Notes under the pieces: model-generated
What the model saw: only the letters and a program-made list of their open reading frames with translations
Told to the model about the DNA's origin: nothing
Database searches by the model: none
Shown here: positions 43,501 through 60,073 of the stretch, piece by piece
Layout of the letters: every line of letters begins with the position of its first letter
How positions within the stretch are numbered: position 1 is the stretch's first letter
From: Octopus vulgaris
Taxonomy: Eukaryota
Assembly: GCA_951406725.2 (NCBI GenBank)
Contig: OX597835.1
Span: forward strand, 21,452,001-21,516,000
DNA length: 64,000 nucleotides
Direction of reading: 5' to 3'
Position numbers and translations under genes: made by a program

Positions 43501-43504
<4 letters not shown>
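43412..43504 (-). mobile_element. Solo terminal fragment of the PLE at 13681-17230
   Basis: ATAATATTAATTAGAGACAAAACCACTATTTTG... is near-identical to 13681-13770; (TA)n on both sides. Confidence 0.85.
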
Positions 43505-43531
<27 letters not shown>

Positions 43532-43533
<2 letters not shown>

Positions 43534-43687
43534 CGGTTCGGCCCGTCACTTAGCGGTTCGGCAAAAGAGACCGATACAAGGCTTACAAAGAATAAGTCCT
43601 GGGGTCGATTTGCTCGACTAAAGGCGGCGCTCCAGCATGGCCACAGTCAAATGACTGAAACAAGGAAAAAAGAAAAAAAAAGAAAAA

Positions 43688-43690
<3 letters not shown>
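43532..43690 (+). mobile_element. SINE family A, 3' fragment
   Basis: TTAGCGGTTCGGCAAAAGAGACCGAT...CCAGCATGGCCACAGTCAAATGACTGAAAC. Confidence 0.85.
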
Positions 43691-43746
<56 letters not shown>

Positions 43747-43804
43747 TGTGTGGGTGGGTGCGAGTGCATATGTATGTATGTGTGTGTATGTACACAATTT
43801 GTAA

Positions 43805-44125
43805 CAGACCTTGCCTTTCTTTTTCTTGACTCAAATCTCATTTGCGGACCCATGAAAAACTAACCTACACCAAGTGCTCTACCTTTCTGTCTGTACATAC
43901 CTGTCAATGCCAGGTATGCCATAAGGTCTGCAAATCTAATGGAGGCCTCAAAAGACATTTTAAGATCCACAAAGATCTTAACTGCAGAACCTAACTGCAG
44001 CTCTTGGTCGTCCAAAGCAGATATGCAATCTATGTGGGTGTCTTTTCAAAATATTGTCAGGTTTAAAAAGTCACATCAGACGCCACGATGGTCAGACTCT
44101 TCATATAGAATAGACTGCCACTATG
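43805..44125 (+). pseudogene. Probable RTE-type LINE 3' end with two C2H2 zinc fingers, followed by (TATG)n
   Basis: CQVCHKVCKSNGGLKRHFKIH (43908-43970) and CNLCGCLFKILSGLKSHIRRH (44024-44086) lie in different frames. No TGEKP linker; a microsatellite tail follows closely. Confidence 0.65.
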
Positions 44126-44278
44126 TATGTACGTAGTACGTACGTACGTATGTATGTATGCGTGTGTGTATGTATGTGTGTATGTATATGTGTATGTATG
44201 TATGTATGCATGTGTATATATGTGTGTATGTATGTATGTATGTATGTATGTATGTATGCATGTCTGTATGTATGTGTC

Positions 44279-44310
<32 letters not shown>

Positions 44311-44427
44311 TGTATGTATGTGTGTAAGTATGTATGTGTATGTGTAAATGTATGTATGTATGAATGTGTGTATGTAAGTATGTATGCATGTATGTATGTA
44401 TGTATGTAAGTATGTATGTATGTGTGT

Positions 44428-44536
44428 GTCGGCCCGAGGCTATAGTAGAAGACACTTGCCCAAGGTGCAACGCTGTGGGACTGAACCCGGAACCATGTGG
44501 TTCGTAAGCAAGCTACTTACCACACAGCCACTCCTA
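44428..44536 (-). mobile_element. SINE family A head fragment
   Basis: GTCGGCCCGAGGCTATAG...CACACAGCCACTCCT. Confidence 0.85.
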
Positions 44537-45159
44537 CATATAATAAAAAATAAAAATGAATAAATAAATATTAGCGGGGGACGCAGTATTGGTACCAAAA
44601 GGTAAACTTGCTTTACAAAGTGACTGCTTTTGAGTCGGAAAAAATTAGTATTCCGGGAAAACTTTGGGAAAAAAATGCCCCGAAACATTGATGTTACTTG
44701 TACAAGAAATTCTCTCCACATTCCACAGACTTGACTGATACCCGATTTTCGACACGAAAATATATTGAAATTCAAAAGAATACCACACATTTATTTTTTT
44801 TAAATATTCAGCATTTAAGGGTTGGAAGGTATCACTTTGGGAGTTTTATTTGTGGAATTTCGGGCGATAAATGTGTAATTTGGGGCTTAAAATGTGCAAT
44901 TTAAATGCGCAACTTTTGGGTTGAAGATTTTTAAATTGATGGCAGTTGACGAGTGTATATGTTGTCTAGTGTATATAATGAAAGTCATAAAGTGTACAAT
45001 AGTGTGTAGTCATTGTTATCGTTCTGAAAAATAAAAGAATTCGGAACAATAAATCATGGTGTCGTGCCAGAGTTGCCAAATTAGAAAGATGTCTGCGACT
45101 AATCATATGTTAGCGCAGGTTTTGATGGATGATCTTACCAAGTTGTAGTCGTCATAGTA

Positions 45160-45160
45160 T

Positions 45161-45195
<35 letters not shown>

Positions 45196-45771
45196 CTTCT
45201 TCTTCTTCTTCTTCTTCTTCTTCTTCTTCTTCTTCTTTCTTCTTCTTCTTTTTCTTCTTCTTCTTCTTTTTCTTCTTTCTTCTCCTTCTTCATCTCCTTC
45301 TTCGTCTTCTTCTTCATCTTCTTCTTCTTCTTTTTCTTTTTCTTCTTCTTCTTCTTCTTCTCCTGCTTCTTCTTCTTCTTCTTCTTCTCTTCTTCGTCTT
45401 CTTCTCCTGCTTCTTCTTCTTCGTCTTCTTCTCCTGCTTCTTCTTCTTCTTCTTCTTCTTCTTCTTCTTCTTCTTCTTCTTCTCCCCCTTCTTCTTCTTC
45501 TTCGTCTTCTTCTCCTGCTTCTTCTTCTTCTTCGTCTTCTTCTTCGTCTTCTTCTCCTGCTTCTTCTTCTTCGTCTTCTTCTCCTGCTTCTTCTTCTTCT
45601 TCTTCTTCTTCTTCCTCTTCTCCTTCTTCGTCTTCTTCTCCTGCTTCTTCTTCTTCTTCGTCTTCTTCTCCTGCTTCTTCTTCTTCTTCTTCTTCTTCTT
45701 CTTCTTCTCCTGCTTCTTCTTCTCCTGCTTCTTCTTCTCTTCTTTCTTCTTCTTCCTCTTCTTCCTCTCCT

Positions 45772-45805
<34 letters not shown>

Positions 45806-45960
45806 GCTCTTGTCCTTGTTCTTGTTCGTGATGATGGCTGCGGAGGTGATGGTGGCTGTGGTGGTGGTAGCGGCGGTGGTGGTGGTGCTGCTGCTGCTGC
45901 TGATCCTGCTGCTGCTGCTGATCCTGCTGCTGCTGTTGCTACTGTTGCTGCTGCTGCTGG
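45160..45960. repeat. (TTC)n tract with higher-order unit TTCGTCTTCTTCTCCTGC(TTC)n, flanked by GTT/GGT/GCT triplet repeats
   Basis: Seen directly. Confidence 0.92.
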
Positions 45961-46316
45961 GCCTGGTGCTGAAGATGTTCATATGCGATGATGGTACTAG
46001 ATATTCATAGTAATACATTTACTATGCGTGTGCATGTTTACGCGTGGGGGGGGGGGGCGTCTGTGTGTGTAGATGTGTGTGCATGTCTGTGTGTATGTGT
46101 GTGTATGTATATGTGTGTATGTGTGTATGTGTGTATGTGAGTGGGTGGGTGTTTCTGTTTCGTAGTCTCTGTAATGAATGAAAATACGACAAAGCAGATG
46201 CTGTTTCTGACCACAGGCGTGTGTGTATAGATTGTTACATATATATATATATATACATACATACATACATACATACATACATGCATACATACATACATAC
46301 AGTCAGGTAGATAAAT

Positions 46317-46741
<425 letters not shown>

Positions 46742-47519
46742 ACATTTTCAGTCAATATTGTTGAATTTTTGTGAGTTTTAAAATATATTCCATCATATAT
46801 AAACATCTGCACGAACACGCCCCCCCCCCCACACACACACACACGTACGTACACACACATTCATACTTACACAGGCACGCACAGGCACTCATGTACATAC
46901 ACGTCTATGTGTGAATGCACACCTGAGTGTTTTTGTGTGTTTGTTGGTTTACATATCTGTATGTGCAGGCGTGCATGTATGTATATATCTTTGTATGTAT
47001 GTGTAATTATGTATATATATGTATGTATACGTATGTATGTATGTATGTATTTATGTATGTATGTATGTATTTATGTAAGTATGTATGTATGTATGTATGT
47101 ATGTATACATGTATGTATGTACGTATGTATGTATGTATGTATGTTTGTATTTGTATGTATGTATGTATGTATGTATGTATACATGTATGTATGTATGTAT
47201 GTATGTATGTTTGTATTTGTATGTATGTATGTATGTATGTATGTATACATGTATGTATGTACGTACGTATGTATGTATGCACACACATCCACAGAGATGT
47301 CTTTTCAATGAAATATTGGTTTCGTTTCGTATTCACATATGTCAGAGGAGTTTCGTTATATTTATGTTTGTGTGTAATTTGTGTGTGTGCAGATAGATAT
47401 ATGTACATGTATATATAGAGAGATGCGTATACACATACATATGTATGTATATATATGTAAATATATATATAATATGTATATATATATATATATTTAAGCT
47501 TGCATATACGGATGTATGC

Positions 47520-47600
<81 letters not shown>

Positions 47601-47616
<16 letters not shown>

Positions 47617-47666
47617 CGTACATGTCTATATATGTGTGTGTACCTGTCTATAGGATCTATACCAGT

Positions 47667-47700
<34 letters not shown>

Positions 47701-47766
47701 ACTGGTATAGATCCTATAGACAGGTACACGCACATATATAGACATGTACGTATGTATATATATATA
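47601..47766. repeat. Near-perfect palindrome centred on (AT)13
   Basis: Arms 47611-47670 and 47697-47756 differ by one base; the spacer is itself self-complementary. Confidence 0.93.
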
Positions 47767-47905
47767 TTAATATATATATATATACATACCTATATATGTG
47801 TGTGAGTATACATATATATGTATATATATGTATCTATGTATGAATGTCTGTTTACGTATGTTTGTATGGATATGTGTATATATTTACATATATATGTTTA
47901 AATAT

Positions 47906-47982
<77 letters not shown>

Positions 47983-48403
47983 TGTACGCATAGCATTATT
48001 TTCAAGTAGCAAAAATGCTCACACTTCATTAATCAAATTCTGTGACTTGTCAATAAATACAAAGAATATATTCTTAAATAAAATAAAAACACAAAACACC
48101 TCTCGAAAATATAAACAATCTGTCATAACAATAAGAAGCAAACAAAACAAAGATGGAAATAAATATTTTATTTATTTTTTATTAAATTTGTCAAAAATCA
48201 AAATGAAAACTGCCAAAAATCTTAAAACAAAACCTTGGCACGTTTTTGGTCGTTGTTTTCGCTGTTGTTGTTAAAGATGTTGTTTTTAAGAGAATACGTT
48301 TAAATATGTAAAGACAAAAGATGTATCAGAAGAGAGATTGGAAGGAGGGTGGGTTGATGAGAATTGGGGAAGAGTAGACATTGACGTTGATTTGTCTTAC
48401 TGC

Positions 48404-48457
<54 letters not shown>

Positions 48458-48483
48458 ACATACTTATATGCATACATGTATAA

Positions 48484-48538
<55 letters not shown>

Positions 48539-48556
48539 CATATATATAGTGATATG

Positions 48557-48598
<42 letters not shown>

Positions 48599-49394
48599 TA
48601 ATAAATGTAAACTCACATAGTTATATATTCATTTATACAAATATATTTATCCATTTGTATATATAGATATATATAGATACATATTCATTTATACGAATAG
48701 ATTTGTATGATTGAACGCCACGCATCCTCTTACATGTAAATTTTATCTTGATAATTCTGATGCGCCCTCTATACGATCTTTTTACACTTTCGTTTTTCTG
48801 TCTTTCTCTCTCTTATTCTTTTACCTCTTCTTCTTCTCCCATTATTCTTTCCTATTATTCTGTCACTCTCTCTCCTTCACTCCTCTTTCTTGCTCACGTG
48901 GCTCTCACGTGACCATCGGCAATCTTTCTTCTCCTAACATGTGTTTCTTTTTCTCCGTTGTAGCTGGAACAAGGAATACGTGTTTTTGTTTGTCTCCTGT
49001 CCACGCTTGATTTAAGCGTTCGCTACCACGACCTCTTTTAGGCTTAGCAGCCCTTCCTGTTTGTTTTCACTGACCTGTATGTGTTAACTATTTTGACCGT
49101 CCGCAAAAATATAATTTGCTTTGCGGAAGCAACTGTTTTATCGAAAGCGTATATTGTTGTTAAATGCTCGAGAGTAGAAAAACAGCCAACAACTAATGAA
49201 GGGTCCCTCTATATGTTGTTTGTTTTGTTTTTCATTTGTGTCTTTCGTTGTTCGAAAGAATAGTTCATGTTCCATGTACTCGTGCTTCGTACTTGTGTTT
49301 TTTTATGATGATGATGATGATGATTATGATGATGATGATGGTGATGGTGATGGTGATGATGAAGCTGCTGCTCGAAGTGGTAGTGTTTTACGAT

Positions 49395-51120
<1,726 letters not shown>

Positions 51121-51498
51121 AGGATTCTTGCTGTTATAGTAGCTTTATATCTAAGCATCTCCTTCAATATTCATTTCCATCCAATGGATAAGTTCACATG
51201 TACCGATAAATAAGGCTTTTCCTCGCTGTTTGTCCTTCCTAATAGAAGAGCGTGACTTTCGGTAATTATCTTCGGTCACTTATTCAATTCGGGCGCATAG
51301 ACTTTTCACACACACACACACAGAAGTGCATACATGCGCATTAACTCACATACGTATACGAATATCCATATAGACACATATACACTTACACAAGCTTAAG
51401 GTCACGATAGTAAATTTTTAGATCCATCTATTCAAGCATATAAACCTACATACGTGTATATATGTATTTGGAGAGGCGGATGTGCGCATGTATCGGTG

Positions 51499-51546
<48 letters not shown>

Positions 51547-51669
51547 TGCGTATTTATGTGTGTATATATTTATGTGCATGTGTGTATGTGCTTATGGACG
51601 CACGCAGAAAAGGTTTTGCATTCGCACACGTGCTCACGTGTGTGTGGAAAGATATATATATATATGTGT

Positions 51670-51716
<47 letters not shown>

Positions 51717-52034
51717 TGTACGTATGTATGTATATGTATATATATGTATATATATATATGTACACACTATGTACGCGCTATTATATATATATATGTACAC
51801 AAACATATATACATATGCATGTACAGGCATACACACACATTTGCGTGTGTGTGTATATATATATATATATATACATGTTCATCCATGCACGCACACATGC
51901 AGTTGCACATATATATATATATTTGCATATATGTATGTATATATATATGTGTGTGTGTGTGTATGTGTGCGTATGCGCGCGTGTGTGTGTGTGTGTGTAG
52001 AATATAGTCTCTGCGTGTAATCCTATTTTATTTA

Positions 52035-52415
52035 ATTTACAGTTCGCCCCCCCCTATCCAGTATCTTGGGCGTACTGATAGCACAGCGAGTCTCTTGTCA
52101 TTCTTTTCCGTGTTCGACTTCAATTCGCTTTAATAGAAAAACTAACATATCATCAGACGTTCAATAAAAATTCTATTAAAGTCTCTTACTCCTGTTACAA
52201 AAATTGAGGTTGCTCTTTTAAATCTATTACTGTATGGCGTATCACGTAATAGTAAAATGAATTCGAGAAGTGATATATAATTACAGGAATCCTTGCTGTG
52301 CCAAGGGAGATTTGAACGAGTGTTTGCAGCAGAAATCTTACATCGACTCAACAAGAAATGAATTTAAGGACAGATTTTATGCGCACAAGTATTCTTTGAG
52401 CAACTCGAACGGGGA
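52035..52415 (+). pseudogene. Degraded PLE fragment of the same endonuclease type as 16601-17230
   Basis: FAPPY...FNKNSIKVSYSC...ECLQ..SYIDST.NEFKDRFYAHKYS, with frameshifts. Confidence 0.65.
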
Positions 52416-52424
52416 ATTTGCCAG

Positions 52425-53320
<896 letters not shown>

Positions 53321-54129
53321 CTGCTACTAGACTTTTCGAAATACACTTGGAGACTAATACAATGTAACGACAGCACTTATAAAAGGTCAATCCTTCTTTT
53401 TGCACCTGCTTACAGGTACAGCAATCGTAGAAGAAAAAAAACTGAGTTGTCATCTTTGCTTAACAAAAAAAAAGATTGTAATATTTCAGCGGAACGAAAA
53501 CAACTTGAACACACGAAACGACAACTTGAGAACTTGTTTACATAAAGCGAAAATTTGGTTGTGTAATTTTCATAAGACGTATACTATAGAATTACTATAG
53601 AAGTATGAAGTTTCTGACAGTTTCCAATTTTATCATTGTTTTTGATTTTTTTTTCTTTGGTTTTTTTTTTTCCGTTTAACCATTTCAACTGCACCTCGTT
53701 TCGGGTTGCTTTCGATCATCTAACATGAAAATACAGTTGCAAACACATTCCAATGTTTTTTGAGGGTTTTTTTTATATTCTGCGGATTTCTTTGTCTTTT
53801 CTCTGCTTTTTTACATTTAAATATTTGAACGTTCTGTGAATGGCCTTCAGCTCAATGAAGATAACTTTAGTTTACAAGACGGAATTACACAACTATTAAT
53901 TAAATTATTTATTTATATTTACACAAATGTTTCTTAATTTTATAAAAGAAGCAATTCAATATTTTAGATCTTTTTCTATTCTTTTAATTTCATTCCAACA
54001 TATTTTCAAATTTAGTGTACTGTTGTAGCTTTGTATGCTAATTTTTCCACTAAATTAATAAATAAAAATTTAATAGTTTTTAAAGTTTGTAAATTTCGAG
54101 TAATTTTAGCCAATCGAAAGCCACAGAGT

Positions 54130-55250
54130 CAATGGTGCCTGTTTCTATTGTAGCAAGTCAAGCTGTAGTCTGCTTCCGAAAAGAATGCAACGTGTGTGTG
54201 TGTCTGTCAAAAGATATATAAATGAGCACTCTGTCGGTTACAACGATGAGTGACCCAGCTGATACGATCAACGGAACAGCTTGCTCGTGAAATTAACGTG
54301 CAAGTGACTGAGCAATCCACAGACACGTGTACCCTTAACGTAGTTCTCAGGGAGATTCAGCATGACACAGAGTGTGACAAGGTTGGCCCTTTGAAATACA
54401 GGTACAACTCATTTGTGCCAGCTGAGCGGACTAGAGCAACGGGAAATAAAGTGTATTGCTCAAGGACACAACGCGTCGCCGGGAATTGAACTCACGACCT
54501 AACAATTGTGAGCCGAATGCCCTAACCACTAGGCCACGAACCTTCACTCAAAAGATATATGGTTAGAATGCTGCACCCTTCCTCTTAGAACTGTATTGTT
54601 TATTTATTTATATTTCTTTTACCTTTACTCATGGATTAAGAAACTTTAGTCCTGCTCTGTATTGAAAAAAAACTGGGTATGAGTCTCTGCACAGCTATAG
54701 ATTACAACAGCTATGATAGGGGAATATGTGCGAAGGACCAGCTCCGCAACCCAGTTCAGATAAGCGGTTCTGGAAAGATTATTGAAGCAGAAGAAACTGT
54801 CTTCTCAAGACGTAAATGCAACCGATGGAAGGTGCCTGATACTTGAATAGTGGGTTTTCGGAGGAATGTGTCGCGAGACCAGACATGCACTTTTCTTTAT
54901 GCAATGCCATGTCGGAATCGCGACACACTAGAGGACTGCATACATCAGAAATTTCTTCGAGGAACCACAATTTTCAGTGACTTGCGGCCGGCCTACACTC
55001 ACATTCTTGAAACTGATGGTTATAATTTTCGTCATAGAACACAGTCAATCCCAGCATTGGGTTTATTAACTTGGAAGATGGTACCTACACGCGACAAGCA
55101 GGATAAAGGTGCATGGGCCTGTGTAAAATGAAGGAATAAACAATGCTGTGAGACCCACTGTTCTATGGTCGGCTCATATTTCTGCGAATTTATGCGGCAC
55201 GGGAGATATGAAAATTGTTATTTGTTTGAGAATCTTCTACAGTTTGAGAA
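54130..55250 (+). pseudogene. Degraded Merlin (IS1016/ISXO2-like DDE) transposase, interrupted by a SINE
   Basis: KECNVCVCLSKDIWLE...YSW...LGMS..TAIDYN...ICAK..PVQISGSGKIIEAEETVFSRRKCNR...WVFGGMCRET..FL...RNRDTL..I..GTTIFSD..AY...HRT/VNPS..F...AWACVK...SYFCEF, with stops and frameshifts. Confidence 0.85.
54220..54547 (-). mobile_element. SINE family C, full length
   Basis: 13-bp TSD TCAAAAGATATAT (54207-54219 and 54548-54560); A and B boxes on the minus strand. Confidence 0.92.
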
Positions 55251-55258
55251 TCTTCTAT

Positions 55259-55424
55259 AGGCGCAGGAGTGGCTGTGTGGTAAGTAGCTTGTTTACCAAC
55301 CACATGGTTCCGGGTTCGGTCCCACTGCGTGGCACCTTGGGCAAGTGTCTTCTACTATAGCCTCGGGCCGACCAAAGCCGTGTGGGTGGATTTCGTAGAC
55401 GGAAACTGAAAGAAGCCTGTCGTA

Positions 55425-55485
<61 letters not shown>

Positions 55486-55706
55486 TTGTGTGTCTGTGTT
55501 TGTCCTTCTAGCATTGCTTGACAACCGATGCTGGTGTGTTTATGTCCCCGTTACTTAGCGGTTCGGCAAAAGAGACCGATAGAATAAGTACTGGGCTTAC
55601 AAAAGAATAAGTCCCGGGGTCGATTTGCTCGACTAAAAGGCGGTGCTCCAGCATGGCCGCAGTCAAATGACTGAAACAAGTAAAAGAGTAAAAGAGTAAA
55701 AGAGAG
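55259..55706 (+). mobile_element. SINE family A, full length, young-looking
   Basis: Complete head, internal TA/TG tract, (AAAAGAGT)n tail. Confidence 0.93.
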
Positions 55707-56908
55707 TGTCTTTCAAACTTCTTTTTTTTTAATTTTCGCTACCAAAAATGTATTAATAGTTTACATCAACCGTACTATTACTACAGTAGAATAAGGTACA
55801 GTTTGTTTTTCTGTAATTTTCCGCAAAAACATTCACATTACCCTTTTCATTAAAACTTACTAAAATTTCAAAATTTCATACAACTTTCGTCGTGATGTTT
55901 CTACTTTCATTTTGTGATAGACACGCATCACGGAGAAAATGACAGCTTCTTGTTTAGTGACTGGATAAAAATTATCGAACATAAACCCTTCGTAATGTTT
56001 TTTCTAAACTTTTTCTGGAACATGTTAACAACCAAATCAGATTAAGCGTGAAAAATAACACCAATATATCAAAGTTGAAAATTTTCACTTAATTTTAAGA
56101 TTTTAAAAAACAGTGGCAATAAAAGAGAAGATCCTTTTTTTTATGTGCAAATTTATCTTTACACATGCAGCCAATCGAATGCTTGCTCAAAGTTGCTTTG
56201 TTTTGCTTTTCAAACATTCTTTTTAACAGTTCAGGTGTGTATATATAAGTGTGTGTGTACATACATACATGCATATATATATATATATATGGATGGATGG
56301 ATGGATGAATGGATGGGTGGCTGGATGAATATGGTAGTACATGCGTATTTGTAGTTCATTTCATTTCTTCATTTCTACCCATTTTGAAAGCAAAACTACG
56401 GTGTTTGTAGTTTCAGAGCCCGCTGAGGATAGCAACACACATATTACTCGAACTAGAATCGTTTTACGCACACCAACACATTTGAGAATATGAAACCACA
56501 CACGATGACTGTATGTATTTCACAGGCAATGTCACCGCTTGAATAATTCAAACGCATTACACAAACTTATTAAGTTGGAATATAGTATTTATTTATAAAC
56601 TAAAACTGTGTTTTAGATGTTATCGTCACCTTACTAATGTTTTTGATTGAATGACCAGACAAAAAGCCGCCACACTTCGAAATCACCAACAAAGAATATA
56701 GTTTTATATAAATATATATATATATATAATTATACACCTAAATTTTACAAACATATATGCACATATCTATATAGGTGAATATATATTTAGGTATTTATAC
56801 AAATTCGTACCGGTATATATTCTAATATACATATATAGCGTGTAGGTGATTATGTATATAGATATGTATAAATATATGTGTATATACATGTATATATATA
56901 TCTATATA

Positions 56909-56956
<48 letters not shown>

Positions 56957-56999
56957 TATATTCATATACATATATACATATATATATATACATATATAC

Positions 57000-57030
<31 letters not shown>

Positions 57031-57102
57031 CGTATATATATATGAATGTTAGTATGGTATATTTATATATTCATCTATATATATTTATATATTCATCTAT
57101 CT

Positions 57103-57155
<53 letters not shown>

Positions 57156-57505
57156 TATGTCTAACTACTTGTGTATATTATGAAGGTATTGCTTCGTACA
57201 TGAATAGGTTAAATTTTGTATCTTCATGCTTCATTACGCATAATCAATTGAATAATCAGTGAAACGTGCAACAAAACAAATACTGGCTATAATTTGGCTG
57301 CTGCCTGTGTATTGAGTCCAAAAAGCAAATATTATTGAACCGTGAAAATAACGATTAACGCCTCATCGTGTGTTAGAAATGTCTCAACTGAAAGGTTCAC
57401 GTCTCTCTAAACCTTTAAATGACTTTCCTGAATATGAACTAGAGATGATTAGTTATAAACATATTTATTCTGTGATATGTACGCCTGTATCTAGAATTAG
57501 TGTGA

Positions 57506-57558
<53 letters not shown>

Positions 57559-57695
57559 CACACACATATACATATATATATATATCAATATATGTATATA
57601 TATTGACACACATAAATGCATATATATATTTGTGTATATATTTCTATATGTATATATATGTGTGTGTGTGTGTGCCTGTGTGTGTGCATACGTAT

Positions 57696-57744
<49 letters not shown>

Positions 57745-57769
57745 GACTTTGACATTACTAATGTGTGTG

Positions 57770-57890
57770 TATATGTATAAATATAAAGATAGATAGAAAC
57801 ATATATATACATATATATATATGTGTATATATATATATATATACACACATATATATATGTATATATATGTTTCTATCTATCTTTATATTT

Positions 57891-57899
<9 letters not shown>
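57770..57899. repeat. Near-perfect palindrome centred on (TA)n
   Basis: TATGTATAAATATAAAGATAGATAGAAAC versus GTTTCTATCTATCTTTATATTTATACATA. Confidence 0.88.
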
Positions 57900-57941
<42 letters not shown>

Positions 57942-57986
57942 TGTATATATATTCACGCACATATATATGTGTGTATATGTATGTGT

Positions 57987-58021
<35 letters not shown>

Positions 58022-58127
58022 GACATTTATTCATGCACATGAATAAAGAGTAAAGAGTGTATACATAAATAAGCATTTATTTGTGAGCATGTGTGCTTAT
58101 GCATCCACACTCTGAAACACACACATA

Positions 58128-58206
<79 letters not shown>

Positions 58207-58562
58207 ACGTCCATCCATACATGAATGCATTGTACATGCAATCATACATACACACATATATACATCCATGCGTACAAGAATACATACATACATACATGCG
58301 TACAAGAATACATACATACCTATGTACAAGTATATACGTACATAGATTACATCCTTTGTTGCCAGTCAAGACCTTCTGTCTCTGCACTCAATCATTTTTG
58401 TCTCGTTGCGTTGTCGTTCTTATCGTTTGTATCACATTCAATTGTTTTATCACTCTACGTATATGCATGCATATATGTTTTTGTCTGTATAAAGGAACCT
58501 ACCGTTACCATAGATATACATGTATGACACATGTGTGTCTTTGTGTGTTCGTTTGTCTGTGC

Positions 58563-58624
<62 letters not shown>

Positions 58625-58824
58625 AAATCCGTATGCATGTGAATATGTTTCTTCGCGTAGGTGTGTGTTGGGAGGGGTTTTCGTGTATGGTGGAACTGTC
58701 TCTGTATGTTGTAGCTATTTATATTCATTTCTATGTGTGTGATGTGTGTATGCGTGTTTTTGCGTTTGTACACACCCACACCCACCAACACACACATGCA
58801 CACACACACAAATATATAAGTATG

Positions 58825-58865
<41 letters not shown>

Positions 58866-59056
58866 ATGTGTAAGGTATGCATGTGTGTTTTATTATGTTT
58901 GTGCAAACACGCACACATATATAATTATGTACGTATATGTGTGTGTGTATGTATGTGTGTGTCTAAATCTCTATTGCACATACATATATATACATAAACA
59001 CATACATTATTGCTGAGTTCGTTGCAATCATTGCATATATGTACGTGTACCTCGTA

Positions 59057-59088
<32 letters not shown>

Positions 59089-59309
59089 ACCTTTTGTTTC
59101 TCTCTCCTCCTCTCACTGCATATAAGATTTTGTCCCACCCGTATATTACCCGCTCATGTACGCAGCCGCCTATTCTTCTTCGGCTCATCTAACACACTGA
59201 TAGCATCCAAACATTTATAAATATTCTACATTGCTGTTCCAAATATTTCACCTTTGACCTCTCTAAGGGAAGTAATCTAAACAAACTAGCAATGGTTTAT
59301 CACTTGTCC

Positions 59310-59546
59310 TAATAAGGCGGCGAGCTGGCAGAAACGTTAGCACGCCGGGCGAAATGCGGAGCCGTATTTCGTCTGCCGTTACGTTCTGAGTTCAAATTCC
59401 GCCGAGGTCGACTTTGTCTTTCATCCTTCCGGGGTCGATTAAATAAGTACCAGTTACGCACTGGGGTCGATATAATCGACTTAATCCGTTTGTCTGTCAT
59501 TGTTTGTCCTCTCTGTGTTTAGCCCCTTGTGGGTAGTAAAGAAATA
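59310..59546 (+). mobile_element. SINE family B, full length
   Basis: 16-bp TSD GGTTTATCACTTGTCC (59294-59309 and 59547-59562). Confidence 0.93.
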
Positions 59547-59793
59547 GGTTTATCACTTGTCCATCACTTGTATGGCGCCTAACAACTCCTATCCATTCAT
59601 TCAATGGAGGAGTCTCGAGAATGATGAAGCTTATCCCCACTCTGAAGATCAGGGAACACTCATTAGAGTAAGGTTTATTGTAAAACCCCAGTAAATAGAA
59701 TTAGGTGGAAGTCTTTAATCCTTGTTTATTCGATTCAATCCACGTACGCTGCTAATACTCTTGGGAAAGTAATGAACGTTACAACATCGTATA

Positions 59794-60073
59794 CTCTCTT
59801 TACTCTTTTACTTGTTTCAGTCATTTGACTGCGGCCATGCTGGAGTACCACCTTTAATCGAGCAACTCGACCTCGGGACTTATTCTTGTGTAAGCCCAGT
59901 ACTTATTCTATCGGTCTCTTTTGCCGAACCGCTAAGTAACGGGTACATAGACACACCAATATCGGTTGTCAAGCAATGCTAGGGGGACAAACACAGACAC
60001 ACAAACACACACACGCATATATATATATATATATACGACGGGCTTCTTTCAGTTTCCGTCTACCAAATCCACT
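59794..60073 (-). mobile_element. SINE family A, 5'-truncated
   Basis: Tail through CCAAATCCACTC. Confidence 0.88.

Noticed and set aside
43908-44086. Host C2H2 zinc-finger gene
   Set aside because: The fingers are out of frame with each other, lack TGEKP linkers and are followed by a retroelement-like tail.
45129-46018. Poly-F/L/K ORFs of 234-293 aa
   Set aside because: Read-through of a (TTC)n tract.
59619-59646. ATGATGA...CTGA resembling C/D snoRNA boxes
   Set aside because: The boxes are only ~15 nt apart with no terminal stem or guide region.
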